Assembly (NCBI GenBank): GCA_963693365.1
Contig: CAVNZM010000003.1
Coordinates: 8,899,808 to 8,963,807, forward strand
Length of the DNA stretch: 64,000 bases
Direction: 5' to 3'
DNA from: Amoebidium appalachense
Lineage: Eukaryota > Protista > Ichthyosporea
In this document: piece by piece, positions 49,934 through 63,672 of the stretch
Position numbering within the stretch: position 1 is the stretch's first letter
Layout: each line of letters opens with the position of its first letter
Notes under the pieces: model-generated
Told to the model about the DNA's origin: nothing
Seen by the model: the letters and a program-made list of their open reading frames with translations, nothing else
The model's database searches: none
Translations under genes and position numbers: made by a program

Positions 49934-52296
49934 GTCTTTGAAGACCTTTGTGAGCTAGCTGGTGACGTGAGTGATAGGGAAAAGTTCGAGTTTGCTCGTA
50001 AGGCTCTCTCTGTAAACACATACACTGCACGCATGTTTGGGGATCATGATGATGTAGATGAGGTGGTGTTGCATGTTAAACGTTAACGTCACTTGCTTGC
50101 CATGCACGAGGTGAAGTTCAATAAGAGGGATAGAAAGGAGGTGATGGAGGTAGACAAGAAAAAGAAGGAGAGTGGACAGAAGGGGGAAAAAGAAGAAAAA
50201 GTGGGTGAACAGCCAGATGCACTCACCATGTTGGTCAAGCAGGTTGCCGAGCTCTCCCAGGCCGTCTTCTCTGGCCGAGGGGGCTTCGGCTTCCGGGGTG
50301 GCCGTGGTGGCGACTGGGGTGGACACGGCGGTCGTGGGCGCGGTGGACGTCACGGTGGAGGACAGCAGCAGCAGTTCACCGAGAGGTTTGCCCTTATCCT
50401 GCTCGTCACGGTGGTGGTGGGCAGGGTAGAGGGAGGGGTGGAAATGGTGGTGAGCATGGTGGTAGGGGTGGACATGGAGGCCGTGGTGGGTTTGGTGCTG
50501 GTGGTGAGAGAGGCCGAGGGGGGCAGGGGGGAAGGGGGGGCCGTGGTGCACACGGTGGGGCCCCCCAGCATGACCGGGCTCCCGGTTATCATGATGCTTT
50601 GCGCCAAGGTTATGAAGTCCCCCCTGGCCCCTTCTTTGGTGCATGTTACTTTTGTGGCCGGCAAGGGCACTCTGCTGCATATTGCCGTAGTTACAAGGGC
50701 TATTGAGTTCCGGGGGAGGGGGAAGCTGGGGTCACTGAGGGAGGGGGGGGGGACAGTATCGGTCCCCCCCAGGTTGCAGAGAACCTTCACCCTCCCCCAC
50801 CCCAGGTTAAGCTTCCCTTTGCCCCCTCACCGCCCCGATGCGTGTGGGAGCCGGGCATCGTCCTGGGTCCTCAAGACAGCGTCGAGGTGGTATGGGATGA
50901 ATGTTTGTGGGGTGACTCTACCAAAGGTATGAATGGTGTGAATGTTTTGTGGTTGGGAGAGGTTCCCCAGCCACAGGTGGATGGTCTCAGTGTTTCTTGT
51001 CCCAACCCGGTGTTTGTTCTAACCACTGGCACACCGGAGGGGGTTTCTGTGCGATTGTTCCCGGGAGGGGGGGGGGGACACACACGAGTAAAGGGGGAAG
51101 GGGGGGGAAGGCACAGACACGTAGAAACACACCACCACCACAACATACGACGGTTGCAGACACACCTACACCCACACACACACCCACACATACCCCAAAC
51201 ACACACACACCACCCACCCACACACCACACACACACACTCCACCACCACCCACATCACATACACACCCCACCCCACCCGTGCAGGCACCACAGGTAGGTA
51301 TGTTGCACGTAGGTATCGAGGGTGTGAGTCTTCGTGGGCAGGGACTGGGTGTGAGTGATGATGTGTTACTCGAATTGGAGGAGGATTTAGTTGGTTTTAG
51401 CCGGCATTATATAGACGTATGGTTAGCTGATGGTAAGTTGAAGGCTGTTGCTTTGCTCGATGGAGGGGCTCAGCTTAATTGTGTGCATGCTTCGTTTATT
51501 CGTCGTTTTAATCAGGCCGGGGGGGAAATTCCTATTTTAGAATGATGCTTCTAGCACGGCCTTAGGTAGTGCTAATAATAGTAGTATTTCTGTTGAAGGT
51601 GTTTGTGTGTTGCCGTGTGAGATAGGTGGCCAGGCTATGCATATTGCTTGTTATGTGGTTAAGAATTTAGCTCAAAGTGTTTTGTTGGGAGCCCCATTTT
51701 TCCGTAGACATGTGAATGCTTTGTTTGAACGTACGAATGTTTTAGAATTGCAGTCCGGCGTTAAAATTAAAACCCATGATGGGCTCGACGGTTATCAGTC
51801 TGGTGCTAGAACGGTAGCTGAAGTAGTAATCGAGCCTTATCAGTGCCAAACGGTACGTGTCCGGGCCGGCAATCATGTTAGGATAGGGGATTTAAGGGTT
51901 TTTACTCTGAAAACCCCATTTCAGGAGGTGGCTCAATGGACCCTTAGTAGGGTATGGCCGGATAAGACGATAGAAATAGAATTAGTGAACCCGGGCATCG
52001 AGCCTTTAGTGATTAGGTCAGGTGTTTCCGTCGGTAGTTTCACTAATGAGATTGGTAGTATAGAGGTCTCTCTTATTACCCAAAAGGAGGATGCCGGCTC
52101 GAAGGGTGACTCAGGAGGAGGGGTACAACTTTATTTAACGTTAGCCACCATAATGTCACCCGACACGATGGGGGGGGGGACCGGGACAGCACCGGTCCCA
52201 CTCCCCCCGACCCCCAAGAGGAAGGAGGATCACCCCGGGTGTGAGATTGAATGTGCAAGCAGGGGGGGAGGGTGTTGGTCTAACCCGTGGATCTGA
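49934..52296 (+). pseudogene. Truncated Ty3/gypsy-like gag-protease relic, apparently the target of copia copy 2
   Basis: RGG-rich gag, CYFCGRQGHSAAYC knuckle (~50644-50685), aspartic protease ALLDGGAQLNC..VLLGAPF. Stops and frameshifts; no RT. Confidence 0.75.
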
Positions 52297-52740
52297 CGGG
52301 TTCATCAGCAAAGGACGACCCCCATCCAAAAAACATTCATGATATCATAGATACCGAAATTCCAAAACAGATATTAGTCTAATATCGTTCTAATATTAGG
52401 CGGGCGCCCATCCAATGTTTTCCATCCCGATACCCCTCCGGGATGGGGATGTAGATATTGCAGATGGGCGTATGGCATCCGGCATCCAATTACATATCTT
52501 TTGAGATAGTCAACGGTTATCTAAATGATATTAGATAGTTATCATAAAAGTTTCTGAAAACCTGAATATATCTGTTTTTTTCCGGATGAAAAATGGATAC
52601 CAAATGGATATGAAAGAACTTTTTGGATATCACAGAGATATACTATCCTCATATACCTCCGCAATATCTAAATAGGCCCTTTCGGATATCTTGATTATTT
52701 TTATACCCCTTTCCGATATTAGGACAGTATCCACAACGTT

Positions 52741-53480
52741 ATCATTCTGAGATGTTGTGACATAATAGTACGATATCATTCCAATATCCTTTTCTGCAAA
52801 TCCAGATGTATCCAATACTATAGCATAACAATATCATTCCGATATGTATTTTTTACTTTTCAGATATTAGTTTAGTCCCACGACTATATCATTATGAGAT
52901 GTTGTGACATAATTGTACGATATCATTCCAGTATCCTTTTCTGCAAAACCAGATGTATCCAATACTATAGCATAACAATATCATTCCGATATGTATTTTT
53001 TACTTTTCAGATATTAGTTTAGTCCCACGACTATATCATTATGAGATGTTGTGACATAATTGTACGATATCATTCCAGTATCCTTTTCTGCAAAACCAGA
53101 TGTATCCAATACTATAGCATAACAATATCATTCCGATATGTATTTTTTGCTTTTCAGATATTTGTTTAGTCCCTCGAATATATCATTATGAGATGTTGTG
53201 ACATAATTGTACGATATCATTCCAGTATCCTTTTCTGCAAAACCAGATGTATCAATACTATATCATAACAATATCATTCCGATACCTATGTTTTACTTCT
53301 CAGATATTTGTTTAGTCCCATGAATATATCATTATGAGATGTTGTGACATAATTGTACGATATCATTCCAATATCCTCTTCTGCAACACCAGATGTATCC
53401 CATACTATATCATCCCAATATCATTCTGATACCTATCGGGATATTTGTTCGCGATCCACGCAGATAGTAATATGAGATCT
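52741..53480. repeat. 147-bp tandem repeat, five copies, in a GATATC/ATATC-rich region (~52320-53960)
   Basis: ATCATT.TGAGATGTTGTGACATAAT starts at 52741, 52888, 53035, 53182 and 53328. Confidence 0.93.
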
Positions 53481-54190
53481 TTTGGCTCAAAATAAGATAC
53501 CGTTCCAATATCATTTTGTAAAAAGTGAATAAAGGGAGAGAAAATTAATTACTTTACATGCATACCTAATAGGCTACCCACATAAAAAAAATTTGAGGTG
53601 AAGCTAGCTAAGCAATCGTAATAGTGTGCGTTCATGGCCCGGGATCGGCCCATGGGCGCACACTCGAACGATTCCTTAAACGGATACCAAATGCCTAAAC
53701 AAGTGGCCATGCACGATCTGATTATATACGGCTTCAAAATCGATTGCGCGTTTGATTGTGGGACATTTGGAAATCCTGGTTTTTGATTGGATGTTATTTG
53801 GGCGCAGCTCTCCGGCCAATCAAAAACATGCATTCGGTTGTGTGTACCATTCTGATACCCATCAGGATATCATTCAGGGGCCTGTTTATTTCCATATGGC
53901 ATCCTGTGTGCCCGCCAAGATATCGGAACGAGCGCTATCAAGGGAAAATAGATATCATTTAAACCAGCAAACACCACTAACGTACACAATCACTGAGTAT
54001 CCAAATGGGCACATAGTAGTCTGGATAATACATAGCATGTTTATAAATAAAATGACCCATTGACCCACACGTGTAGCTTATCTATTGGGCCTCCGACCAC
54101 CTGGTCACACAAAGGGCAAGTTAACGTTAACTGTCTGTTTATGACCTATTACTTCGTTCCCTCGTACCACCATTTACGTATATTACAATT

Positions 54191-55315
54191 TTACTCTTGT
54201 TCTTGCACAGCTTCTCCCTGTGCCATGAATAGCTCTTGGGCACGGTCGTGAAAACCACACAATTCCAGGGTCGACGGAAACTCAAAGTTGTCAAGTGTGC
54301 CGCCCTTCTCGTTAATGAACCCTGGGAGGTATTCTCCCATGTCGATTGGGGTGCTTCTATGCAGGCTGAGGTTGGCATCCCTTGTGGTCATGAAACGGTA
54401 TATGGCTGCCCAAAGTTCCTGCTCCCTCTCTTTCAAAAGCCCTTGGAAGACCCTGTTGACCTCTGCTTTAGTGTCAGGGTGCGACCAGTCAATTCGCGTG
54501 GGGGGCAGCACGGTTTCCCATTTGGCTTGCACATAAAACCACTGATTTTTAGTCCCCAACAATTGCCATTGTTTCACCTCCTCAAACCCTACTTCCACCA
54601 CCGTTCCGTCATCCCAAGTGTAATTACACTTTCCTTGCTCCTTCAGTTCGCGTACAGCTGGCGAATTTTCCCGATTTAAAGCAAGGATGTTCGTGAGCCC
54701 GTCCATGTGTTCAAAGAAAGATTGTGCGAAACGAGTGCTAGCCGCTGTAGCTTCAGCTTGTTGCTCTGCAGTAGTAGACTGTGACATAACGTTATCCCTC
54801 ACCATCTTGTATGTATCAAGTGCAAGACGACGAGTTATGTTGCCATTTGGGACCGTCCAAAACGCCAGTATGAAACCCCCATGCATTGATTACTTGTCGT
54901 TGCACCAGCTGGAGGGAGCGGTGGGTACGTTTTCCCTTGTCTGTGTTGCGGTATCCAGCCTGATTTGATCTTTTGCGGTACGCGTTCCATGCAGCCCGCT
55001 CAAAATCTGCGTCGGCATTTAAGGCCCACACCAGCTTTTGGTCAGGTTGGGAACACAATGGGATTGCAGTAGCACACCCATTTGATAGCCACTATAACCT
55101 CTAAAATCCTCGCTGTGGGAGTCGGCGAAGTGTTGCGAGAGCAACCTGATGCCATGTTGCTTGCACAGATCACAGTAGCCTGGAGGGTGGCGATCTTGAG
55201 CTTGAAATAGCTTATACGCACCATGACGATTCACGAAATAATCAGCGCGGGTGGTCACCATCTCTGACGTAAATGCACCACCAACATCAGTCCCAATGTA
55301 CGCTGCATTTGCCAT
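54191..55315 (-). CDS. Uncharacterised gene in three overlapping frames with an N-terminal C2H2-like finger
   Basis: High-complexity ORFs 55019..55315, 54816..55058 and 54191..54886 overlap head to tail. Motif CDLCKQHGIRLLSQHFADSH. Confidence 0.55.
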
Positions 55316-55785
55316 TTCAAATAGACAGTGTCTTTTCGCGTTTCACAGGTGCCACGTTACGTACATGTGTGCTGCTGGCGCCGCTGAGTGCACGTCTGTG
55401 CCGCATCGAAGCGTGGCCGGCCTGTCCGCCGCAGCGAGCGGCTCATGATTAAGCCAATCACAGCAGCATGGAATATGAGCAGGCGCTGTCGGATTGGTTA
55501 CTTATAGAGTTTTTGTTCCATATTTGGTATCACCACACGGAGGCGTTGCAAATATGGTTTTTGCATGTAGTTTGCTTTGCTTGGTCACTGTGCTATTCTT
55601 AATTGACAACCCTCGCCTAGGTAAGTAGTGTTAAAAATTTTATTATTTATTGTTAATGAGCATAGGGAAAGTAGACTTGAATTTGTACATACCTAAGACG
55701 CGGCCACCTGATGAGCCTCATCCGCTTTCCATGAGGCGTGCAAAAACAAATTCACATGTCAGTTGCGCCCGTTAGATAATCTTCT

Positions 55786-55965
55786 TGTGATCATTATGAT
55801 GACCGTATGGATATTGGTATGTGATCATTATGATGATCGTATGAGGCATAGAATGATATCACTATGATGATCGTATGGGGGGTATAACTAGCGATCCTTA
55901 TGGTGGTCGTATGGGGCTTTAATGATGACCACTATGATGATTATAGAGGCCATTAACACGATCAC
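55786..55965. repeat. ~34-bp minisatellite, about five diverged copies
   Basis: Recurring gatca(t/c)tatgatga(c/t)cgtatg core. Confidence 0.75.
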
Positions 55966-56140
55966 TGGGGCATCCACGCATATGTACACTGCAGTTGGTT
56001 ATGTATTGTCACTCTGTTTTTATTATTCACTGAATAACCCTAACCCTGCCATCGTTACCTGTAGGATCTATACACCTAGACACGTGCAGGGGGGGGGGGG
56101 GGGTCGTAGTGGGAAGGAGGGAAGACAGGGGGGGTTGGGT

Positions 56141-56172
<32 letters not shown>

Positions 56173-56344
56173 GGGAGGGGCCGGGGGAGGGGGGGGGGCA
56201 GACACGTACGTTTTGTAACGCTCGTTCATCTCGTTGAGTGAGTCCTTTTTTATAATGTATTTCCGTTCATATATTTACACATAATCGCCACATTCATTTA
56301 CCTAAGGGTCGCCATGATAAACACATGGCCGGCTTATCATTGAT

Positions 56345-56422
<78 letters not shown>

Positions 56423-56557
56423 GAGAGACACACACACATATGCACACACACGGTGCATTTCTTCCCTCCCATTCCCTCTCCACAGAGCACACACACACAC
56501 ACACGTGCACACATGCACACACACGGTGCATCCGCCCCCCCCTTCCCTCTCAACCGA

Positions 56558-56624
<67 letters not shown>

Positions 56625-57955
56625 AAAACAAACAAAAAAGAAGAAAAAAAAGGAGCGGAAGAATCCTTGTTTCTCGTATTTTACCAGCACGTAAGCAAGT
56701 ATTTTATTCATTCACAATACATTGTTAGGTATGTGTAGTATATTATGGTGGTATTATTTTTTAAATTTACAATATGGTGTCCACGTTCCCAATATATCGT
56801 TATTGTCGACCAACTATGATGGTAGTATAATGCTATGATGACAATTTGTGCCGCATGATGCGTTACTTATAAGCATCGAGTTTTTTCAATAACTACCCAC
56901 AGAGTAGCTTCTACCATGAGAAATTCGCCACACATTATAAGGGGGGATGGTGAATGTGCCCCTGGAGTACGAGGGTCACACGAAAAAAACACAACGTTGT
57001 AGCTCGTATAGAACCCCCCTTGTAGCATAGTATATGTCCATGTGTTACCTAAACATTATTGGGTTTTTCAATAACTACCCACAGAACAGCCTCTAGCACG
57101 GGAAATTTACCAAAACGTTTATGGGGGGGATGGTGAATGTGCCCCTGCATTACGAGGGTCACACGAAAAAAACACAACGTTGTAGCTCGTATAGAACCCC
57201 CCTTGTAGCATAGTATATGTACATATGTTACCTAGACATTATTTGTTTTTTCAATAACTACCAACAGAACAGCCTCTAGCACGAGACATTTACCACAAAG
57301 TTTATGGGGGGGATGGTAAATGTGCCCCTGGAGTACGAGGGTCACACGAAAAAAACACAACGTTGTAGCTCGAATAGAACCCCACTTGTAGCATAGAATA
57401 TGTACATGTGTTGCTTACACATTATAACGGTTTTTTCAATAGCTACCCAGTAGAACAGCTTCTAGCACGAGAAATTTACCACACAGTTTATGGGGGGGAT
57501 GGTGAATGTGCCCCTGGAGTACGAGGGTCACACGAAAAAACACAACGTTGTAGCTCGTTTAGAACCCCCCTTGTAGCATAGTATATGTCCATGTGTTACC
57601 TAGACATTTTTGGTTTTTTCAATAACTACCCACAGAACAGCCTCTAGCACGGGAAATTTACCAAAACGTTTATGGGGGGGATGGTGAATGTGCCCCTGCA
57701 TTACGAGGGTCACACGAAAAAAACACAACGTTGTAGCTCGTATAGAACCCCCCTTGTAGCATAGTATATGTACATATGTTACCTAGACATTATTTGTTTT
57801 TTCAATAACTACCAACAGAACAGCCTCTAGCACGAGAAATTTACCACAAAGTTTATGGGGGGGATGGTAAATGTGCCCCTGGAGTACGAGGGTCACACGA
57901 AAAAAACACAACGTTGTAGCTCGAATAGAACCCCACTTGTAGCATAGTATATGTA

Positions 57956-58356
57956 CAGTATGCGTCCACGCATAACATACCGCCCCGACAAGGGTCGAGG
58001 TCGTTATGTCAAATTTTAATTAGTATCTAAAAATAGGCTCCCAGAGCCCGTCTCGATTATGTTCCCCCCCCCCCCCCCCCCCCCCCCCCCCCGCCCGCCC
58101 TCCCGCCCGCCCAGGAGGCCACACTGGGCCTCTCCATCGGGCGGGGAATCCGCGAACCGCTAAATGACATAAATATAGTAGTAAACAAATAGTAAATTGA
58201 TCAAATGAATGAATAAACAAAGAATACTTATACTAGTTCCTTTTTGAGATGGTGAAAAAAAAAAAAAAAGGGAAATTCGGAAGAAAAAAAAACTTTGAAA
58301 AAAAAAAAAAAAAAAAAGAAGCTGAAAGCGTGAAAGCCTATGTGTGTGTGTGTGTG

Positions 58357-58455
<99 letters not shown>

Positions 58456-58632
58456 AAATCTAAATCAGTACTTGAAAGTCTAGCATTTAGTACATCAAGT
58501 CCCCCCCCCCCACCCCCCCTCCCCTCCTCCCCAACCCGCTAAATAAGTAAATATAGAGGAAATCAATAAGTAATTGATTCAAATAATAATAAAAACATAC
58601 TAAATTTTTTCAAGGGGACCAAACCAAAAAAG

Positions 58633-58666
<34 letters not shown>

Positions 58667-59542
58667 CAACTCATACAAACAAGGACGTACTAGTCTTTCT
58701 GCTCCCTCACACCTTACTCTCACACCACGAATTTGGCACCACACACCTACACGAGTAAGAGGCAACCCCTCCCCCTTCGCCTCATACAAATCCGTATTCA
58801 GGGTTTCATCAAGCTCCAAACCATTACCGTAACTCACACGGAAAAGACTCAGCGATTCCGCGCGTGTGGGGGCTCTGCGGCTCTCTAAACTCTCCATGTG
58901 CGAGCGCAATTGTGCTTTTGCCGTTTCGGCTTGTGCAATTGCACGTGTGGTTGCGTTGTTGATTGTGTTGTTTGCGTTTACAAAACCCTCAGAAATGATT
59001 GCTTGGGCTTCTTGGGTAGTTTCCTGAAACTTGTCTGTGGCCTCATTTACTGTGTGCAGTGCACTATCCAACGCCCCAAGTGCAGCTGCCTGCACCTGGA
59101 CTACTGGCTTGGTCATGATCGGTGGGTTTAATATGCATTCAACCTGCCTATATGACTAGGATGTAAAAACTAGCTATACAAGACTGCTTCGAACTAGTTG
59201 GGGCCTTCGTATGTTTCTGCTCGTTTATCGACATAGTCGGCCACATGAGTCCTTTGCATACCATGCGATGGGCGGCCGCCGCCTATCATTGGCCCTGCCG
59301 AGCTTTGGGCGGTCGTTGAAATCACGGCGAACCACTTTTTTGTCTGGGAAAGAGATCGAAATACTAAAGATAGGGGGTCTAAACTGACCAGATAAACCCG
59401 ATAATTCGTCCTACTATGTATAGGACCCCTTGGTGCGCTAACATAATCCCGAAAAATGACCGAGGTCAGTATGTTAAGATTTTTAAAAATCGGCGTCGAC
59501 GTTATGTTGTGCGCGGAGTATGTTACGCGCGGACGCATACTG
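57956..59542. mobile_element. Non-autonomous Tc1/mariner (pogo/Tigger-like) element, 1587 bp
   Basis: 25-bp TIRs CAGTATGCGTCCRCGCRTAACATAC (2 mismatches) and TA TSD at 57954-57955 and 59543-59544. The satellite resumes in register. No transposase. Confidence 0.92.
58610..59116 (-). CDS. Cargo ORF with coiled-coil-like N-terminal half; 3' end probably spliced
   Basis: ATG start, Ala/Gln/Glu/Thr-rich helical segment, GTAAGG donor-like site at 58717 before a (GT)n tract. Confidence 0.45.
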
Positions 59543-60288
59543 TACATGTGTTGCTTACACATAATAACGGTTTTTTCAATAACTACCCAGTAGAACAGCT
59601 TCTAGCACGAGAAATTTACCACACAGTTTATGGGGGGGATGGTGAATGTGCCCCTGGAGTACGAGGGTCACACGAAAAAAACACAACGTTGTAGCTCGTA
59701 TAGAACCCCCCTTGTAGCATAGTATATGTCCATGTGTTACCTAGACATTTTTGGTTTTTTCATTAACTACCAACAGAACAGCCTCTAGCACGAGAAATTT
59801 ACCACAAACTGTATGGGGGGGATGGTGAATGTGCCCCTGGAGTACGAGGGTCACACGAAAAAAACACAACGTTGTAGCTCGTATAGAACCCCCCTTGTAG
59901 CATAGTACATGTCCATGTGTTACCTAGACATTTTTGGTTTTTTCAATAACTACCAACAGAACAGCCTCTAGCACGAGAAATTTACCACAAAGTTTATGGG
60001 GGGGATGGTAAATGTGCCCCTGGAGTACGAGGGTCACACGAAAAAAACACAACGTTGTAGCTCGAATAGAATGCCCCTTGTAGCATAGTATATGTACATG
60101 TGTTGCTTACACATTATTGGTTTTTTCAATAACTACCCACAGAACAGCTTCTAGCACGAGAAATTTACCACACAGTTTATGGGGGGGATAGGGAATGTGC
60201 CCCTGGAGTACGAGGGTCACACAAAAAAAACACAACGTTGTAGCTCGTATAGAACCCCCCTTGTAGCATAGTATATGTACATATGTTA

Positions 60289-60835
60289 GGGGGGGGGTTT
60301 ACACACTTTTTATTGCGTGGACATTGCCGGAGGCCCAGCCACATTCGACGGCCTACTGCGTTTTCCAGCACAGCCAATCAAATGCAGCCAGTGACATATG
60401 TACATGCTAGGCAACAATGAGCGCCATCGTAGGATCTGACACCCCTATTACATATTATGGGTAAGCAGATGCTAGCATCGGTAGCTCCGACAGAAAGTTA
60501 AGGCACCGGATCACAATATCATACTGTGCAGCATTAATAAGGTGATCTAGGATAGTCATCTTAAAACGGATATATTGAGGAAGAGATGAAGAAAAGAGAA
60601 TAAAACCGCCAATAACCTCCGGTTCTAATACATTAGCTAACAGGTTGCATTTATTGATAGATATGCAGCCGCGAGTAAACCGCCCCCCACACATATTACA
60701 CATACGAGCAGGAGACACCAGAAACCGATTACACCGCCAAGCCATAATCATCTTTGCGTTTTTACACCACACCACATTACGAATAAACGAATCTATGTAT
60801 GAACGAGACTCTATAACCGTATCCGCCATATAGGC
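60289..60835 (-). mobile_element. 5'-truncated LINE insertion (C-terminal zinc-finger region plus 3'UTR)
   Basis: 11-bp TSD TACATATGTTA at 60278-60288 and 60836-60846. ORF 60455..60829 (WRCN..CNMC..F..C..TILDHLIN) parallels the C-terminus of the LINE relic near 37150-37330. Confidence 0.75.
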
Positions 60836-61144
60836 TACATATGTTACCTAGACATTATTGGTTTTTCAATAACTACCCACAGAACAGCTTCTGGCAAGAG
60901 AAAATTACCACAAAGTTTATGGGGGGGATGGTGAGTGTGCTTCTGGAGTACGAGGGTCACCCGAAAAAAACACAACATTGTAGCCCGGATTGAAACCCCC
61001 CTTTTACCATTTACATCATATATCATGCAGCATGTGTTACTTTCGCGTTGTTGGTTTCCTAGCACGAGATATTCAGCACACAGTTGGGGTTGTGGGGGCA
61101 GTGTACACCTACAATATCAGGGGTACCGCGCGGCAAAAACACCC

Positions 61145-61182
<38 letters not shown>

Positions 61183-61349
61183 CACGCGTGCGATGGTGCA
61201 CTAATTATTACGTCAACTAGGCAGGGTATAGCATCAACGTTATTATATGTGCTGCTGAGTTTCTTTGGTTGTACACCCGTCACCAGTCAATTTATTGGTG
61301 TTGGCGCCCACCTAAGAATGTGCAATTATGCATGTCTGGTATTTGTCTA

Positions 61350-61400
<51 letters not shown>

Positions 61401-61945
61401 ACCGGGCCCTCCCCCCTCCCCCTCCCCCCGCCCCCCCCCTCCCCCCCCCCCCCCCTCCCCCCACCCCAGGCCTCCACACCACACACACACGCACCGCACA
61501 CACACACTGCTGCAGAGCTACATGGATGCCATCACCATCACACGTGACGACATTTAATTAGTATTGGTGATATTGTACCAATACGTAACGTATATTGGTA
61601 AGGTGGTGGTGGGTGGGGGGGGGGGGGGGGGTTCAACACAACCGAAACTGTCGGTGTTACAAGTGGTTCGGTCTTAGGAAGTTAGAACGGTGATTTTTTA
61701 ATTAATAGCGGGAAACAATATTATCCCCATTGCATATGGAGGGAACGAGGAGGGGGGAGGGGGGGGGGGGGGGGGGGGTTTCACAACGAATTCTTAATCG
61801 ACTGTGCATAATAAATGTATATTGCACATGTAGCCTGAAAGATTAAAGTGAATGTGTGTATGTATATGTGCGAGTATATTTGTGTATGCAATACATGTAC
61901 AAGTATTAGGGATTGGTTCTTTGCGGGTTCAAAGAGTATATGAGT

Positions 61946-61981
<36 letters not shown>

Positions 61982-62029
61982 GTTTTTTTTTAAATAGTTC
62001 CGTGTAACACCATGAAAGTTCCATATTTG

Positions 62030-62061
<32 letters not shown>

Positions 62062-62978
62062 GATATTGGGTCCATTGTGATTTGGATCAGATAGTTTATT
62101 GGTTTTTACGATGTCAATGTTGAGACGGGGTCGTAATCACTAAGCCCATGATGGATACTGATAGTCAACAGGTTGAAATATGTCAATGTATCGTTATTTA
62201 ACATGCTTAACTTGTGTTTCCCGTACATGCAAAGCTGAGCCAAGTGTATACGTAAACCAAAAATACCCTATCATGATGAGAATTAGATAAAATTGAGAAG
62301 AAAAAAACCAAGTAGGGTATCACCTATTTTTTCTTTCCACTTGCCACTACTAGAGAGAGAGAAGGAAGAGGGAGAGAGAGAGAGACAGATCAGAGAAAGA
62401 GGGAAAGAGAAAGAGAGAGAGAGAAAGAGAAAGAGAAGAGAGAGAGGGAGAGAGAGAGAGAGAGAGAGAGAGTGTGTGTGTGTGTGTGTGTGTGCGTGTT
62501 TGTGAGTGAGTGTGTGTGTATGTGTGCTGTGAGCGCGCGAGCATTTATGTGTGTGTGCCGTTGTGTGTGTGCGCGACGTCCATGCGTGCACACGTGTGTG
62601 GTTTGCAAATGGGTTGTGACTCAACCGCCATATATATGATGTATGCGCAGGTGTGCATATGTGTGCGTTCCTGCATGCACAGGGGGGGGGGGGGGGGGGG
62701 GGGGGGGAGGGAGGGGGGGCTCATTGTGTGCGGGAGAGGGGAGAGGAGTAGAGCGCACACGGTCTGGAACACAGATAAACGTTTTCGTCTTTGTAGGTGG
62801 GTGGGTGGGGTGGGGGGGGGGGGGGGGGGGGTGCGGGGGGGGGGAAGAGGGAGGGGAGGAGGGGGCATCATGATCAGGGATAACAGTGTGTGTGCGTGCG
62901 TGCACTTGTGTGTGCATGTGCTGTGTGTGTTGTGTAGGTGTGCGCCTGTGTGTGTGTGCGCGCCTGTGTGTGCGCGCC

Positions 62979-63010
<32 letters not shown>

Positions 63011-63044
63011 GTGCATGTGTGAGTGTGTGTGCGTGCGCGCGCGC

Positions 63045-63099
<55 letters not shown>

Positions 63100-63547
63100 T
63101 TGAGTGTGAGCATGAGCTGTGGGTGTGAGTGTGAGTATGGGTGTGGCTGTGTGCATTCGTGCTTGTGTCAACGTACACCTTTGATTTCAAAGAAGTCGAA
63201 AGCGCCAGTGACACCCATGTTGAAAAAAAGACAAGCAAGCACGCTAAGAAGGACAGCAAGAAGTAACAGAAACCCTGTCATGCCGAAAAAATGGTCAAGA
63301 ACAAAGAAGTGGAGGACACGTAACATAGTCTGATAGTTGTGACTAAGGGCACTAAGGGCACCGCTAAGGGCACCAAGCTGATGCACGCGCGCGCGCGAGC
63401 CGAAATCTATTTTTATCTTTTCCCTAATCAGGCGCGGCGGTTACTAAACCGGTCTATAGCAAATAGTGATTGGCTAAACCCAATCCGGTTTGCAATTTTT
63501 TGTCCGTTTAAGCCTGTACGCACGTTGTTTGCTCCATTTCTCTTCCC

Positions 63548-63672
63548 CCTTCCCGCAGGTCCGCAGGTCCTTTCCCGCAGGTCGCCTGGTCGCAGGTCCC
63601 TTCCCGCAGGTCGCCTGGTCGCAGTTCCCTTCCCGCAGGTCGCCTGGTCACAGGTCCCCTCCGCAGGTCGCG
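63548..63672. repeat. ~29-bp GC-rich minisatellite
   Basis: cccgcaggtcgcctggtcgcaggtccctt repeated about four times. Confidence 0.8.

Larger units (their letters stand above)
56881..61000. repeat. ~183-bp satellite, about 11 monomers, interrupted by two insertions
   Basis: Monomer anchors at 56887, 57069, 57252, 57437, 57620, 57803, 59577, 59761, 59944, 60127 and ~60867. Confidence 0.95.

Noticed and set aside
56034-56047. Telomere-like TAACCCTAACCC
   Set aside because: Only two units, which is expected by chance.
52741-61000. CRISPR-like or protein-coding reading of the 147-bp and 183-bp arrays
   Set aside because: There are no unique spacers or cas genes. Monomers contain stops and the 551-bp higher-order period is not a multiple of 3.
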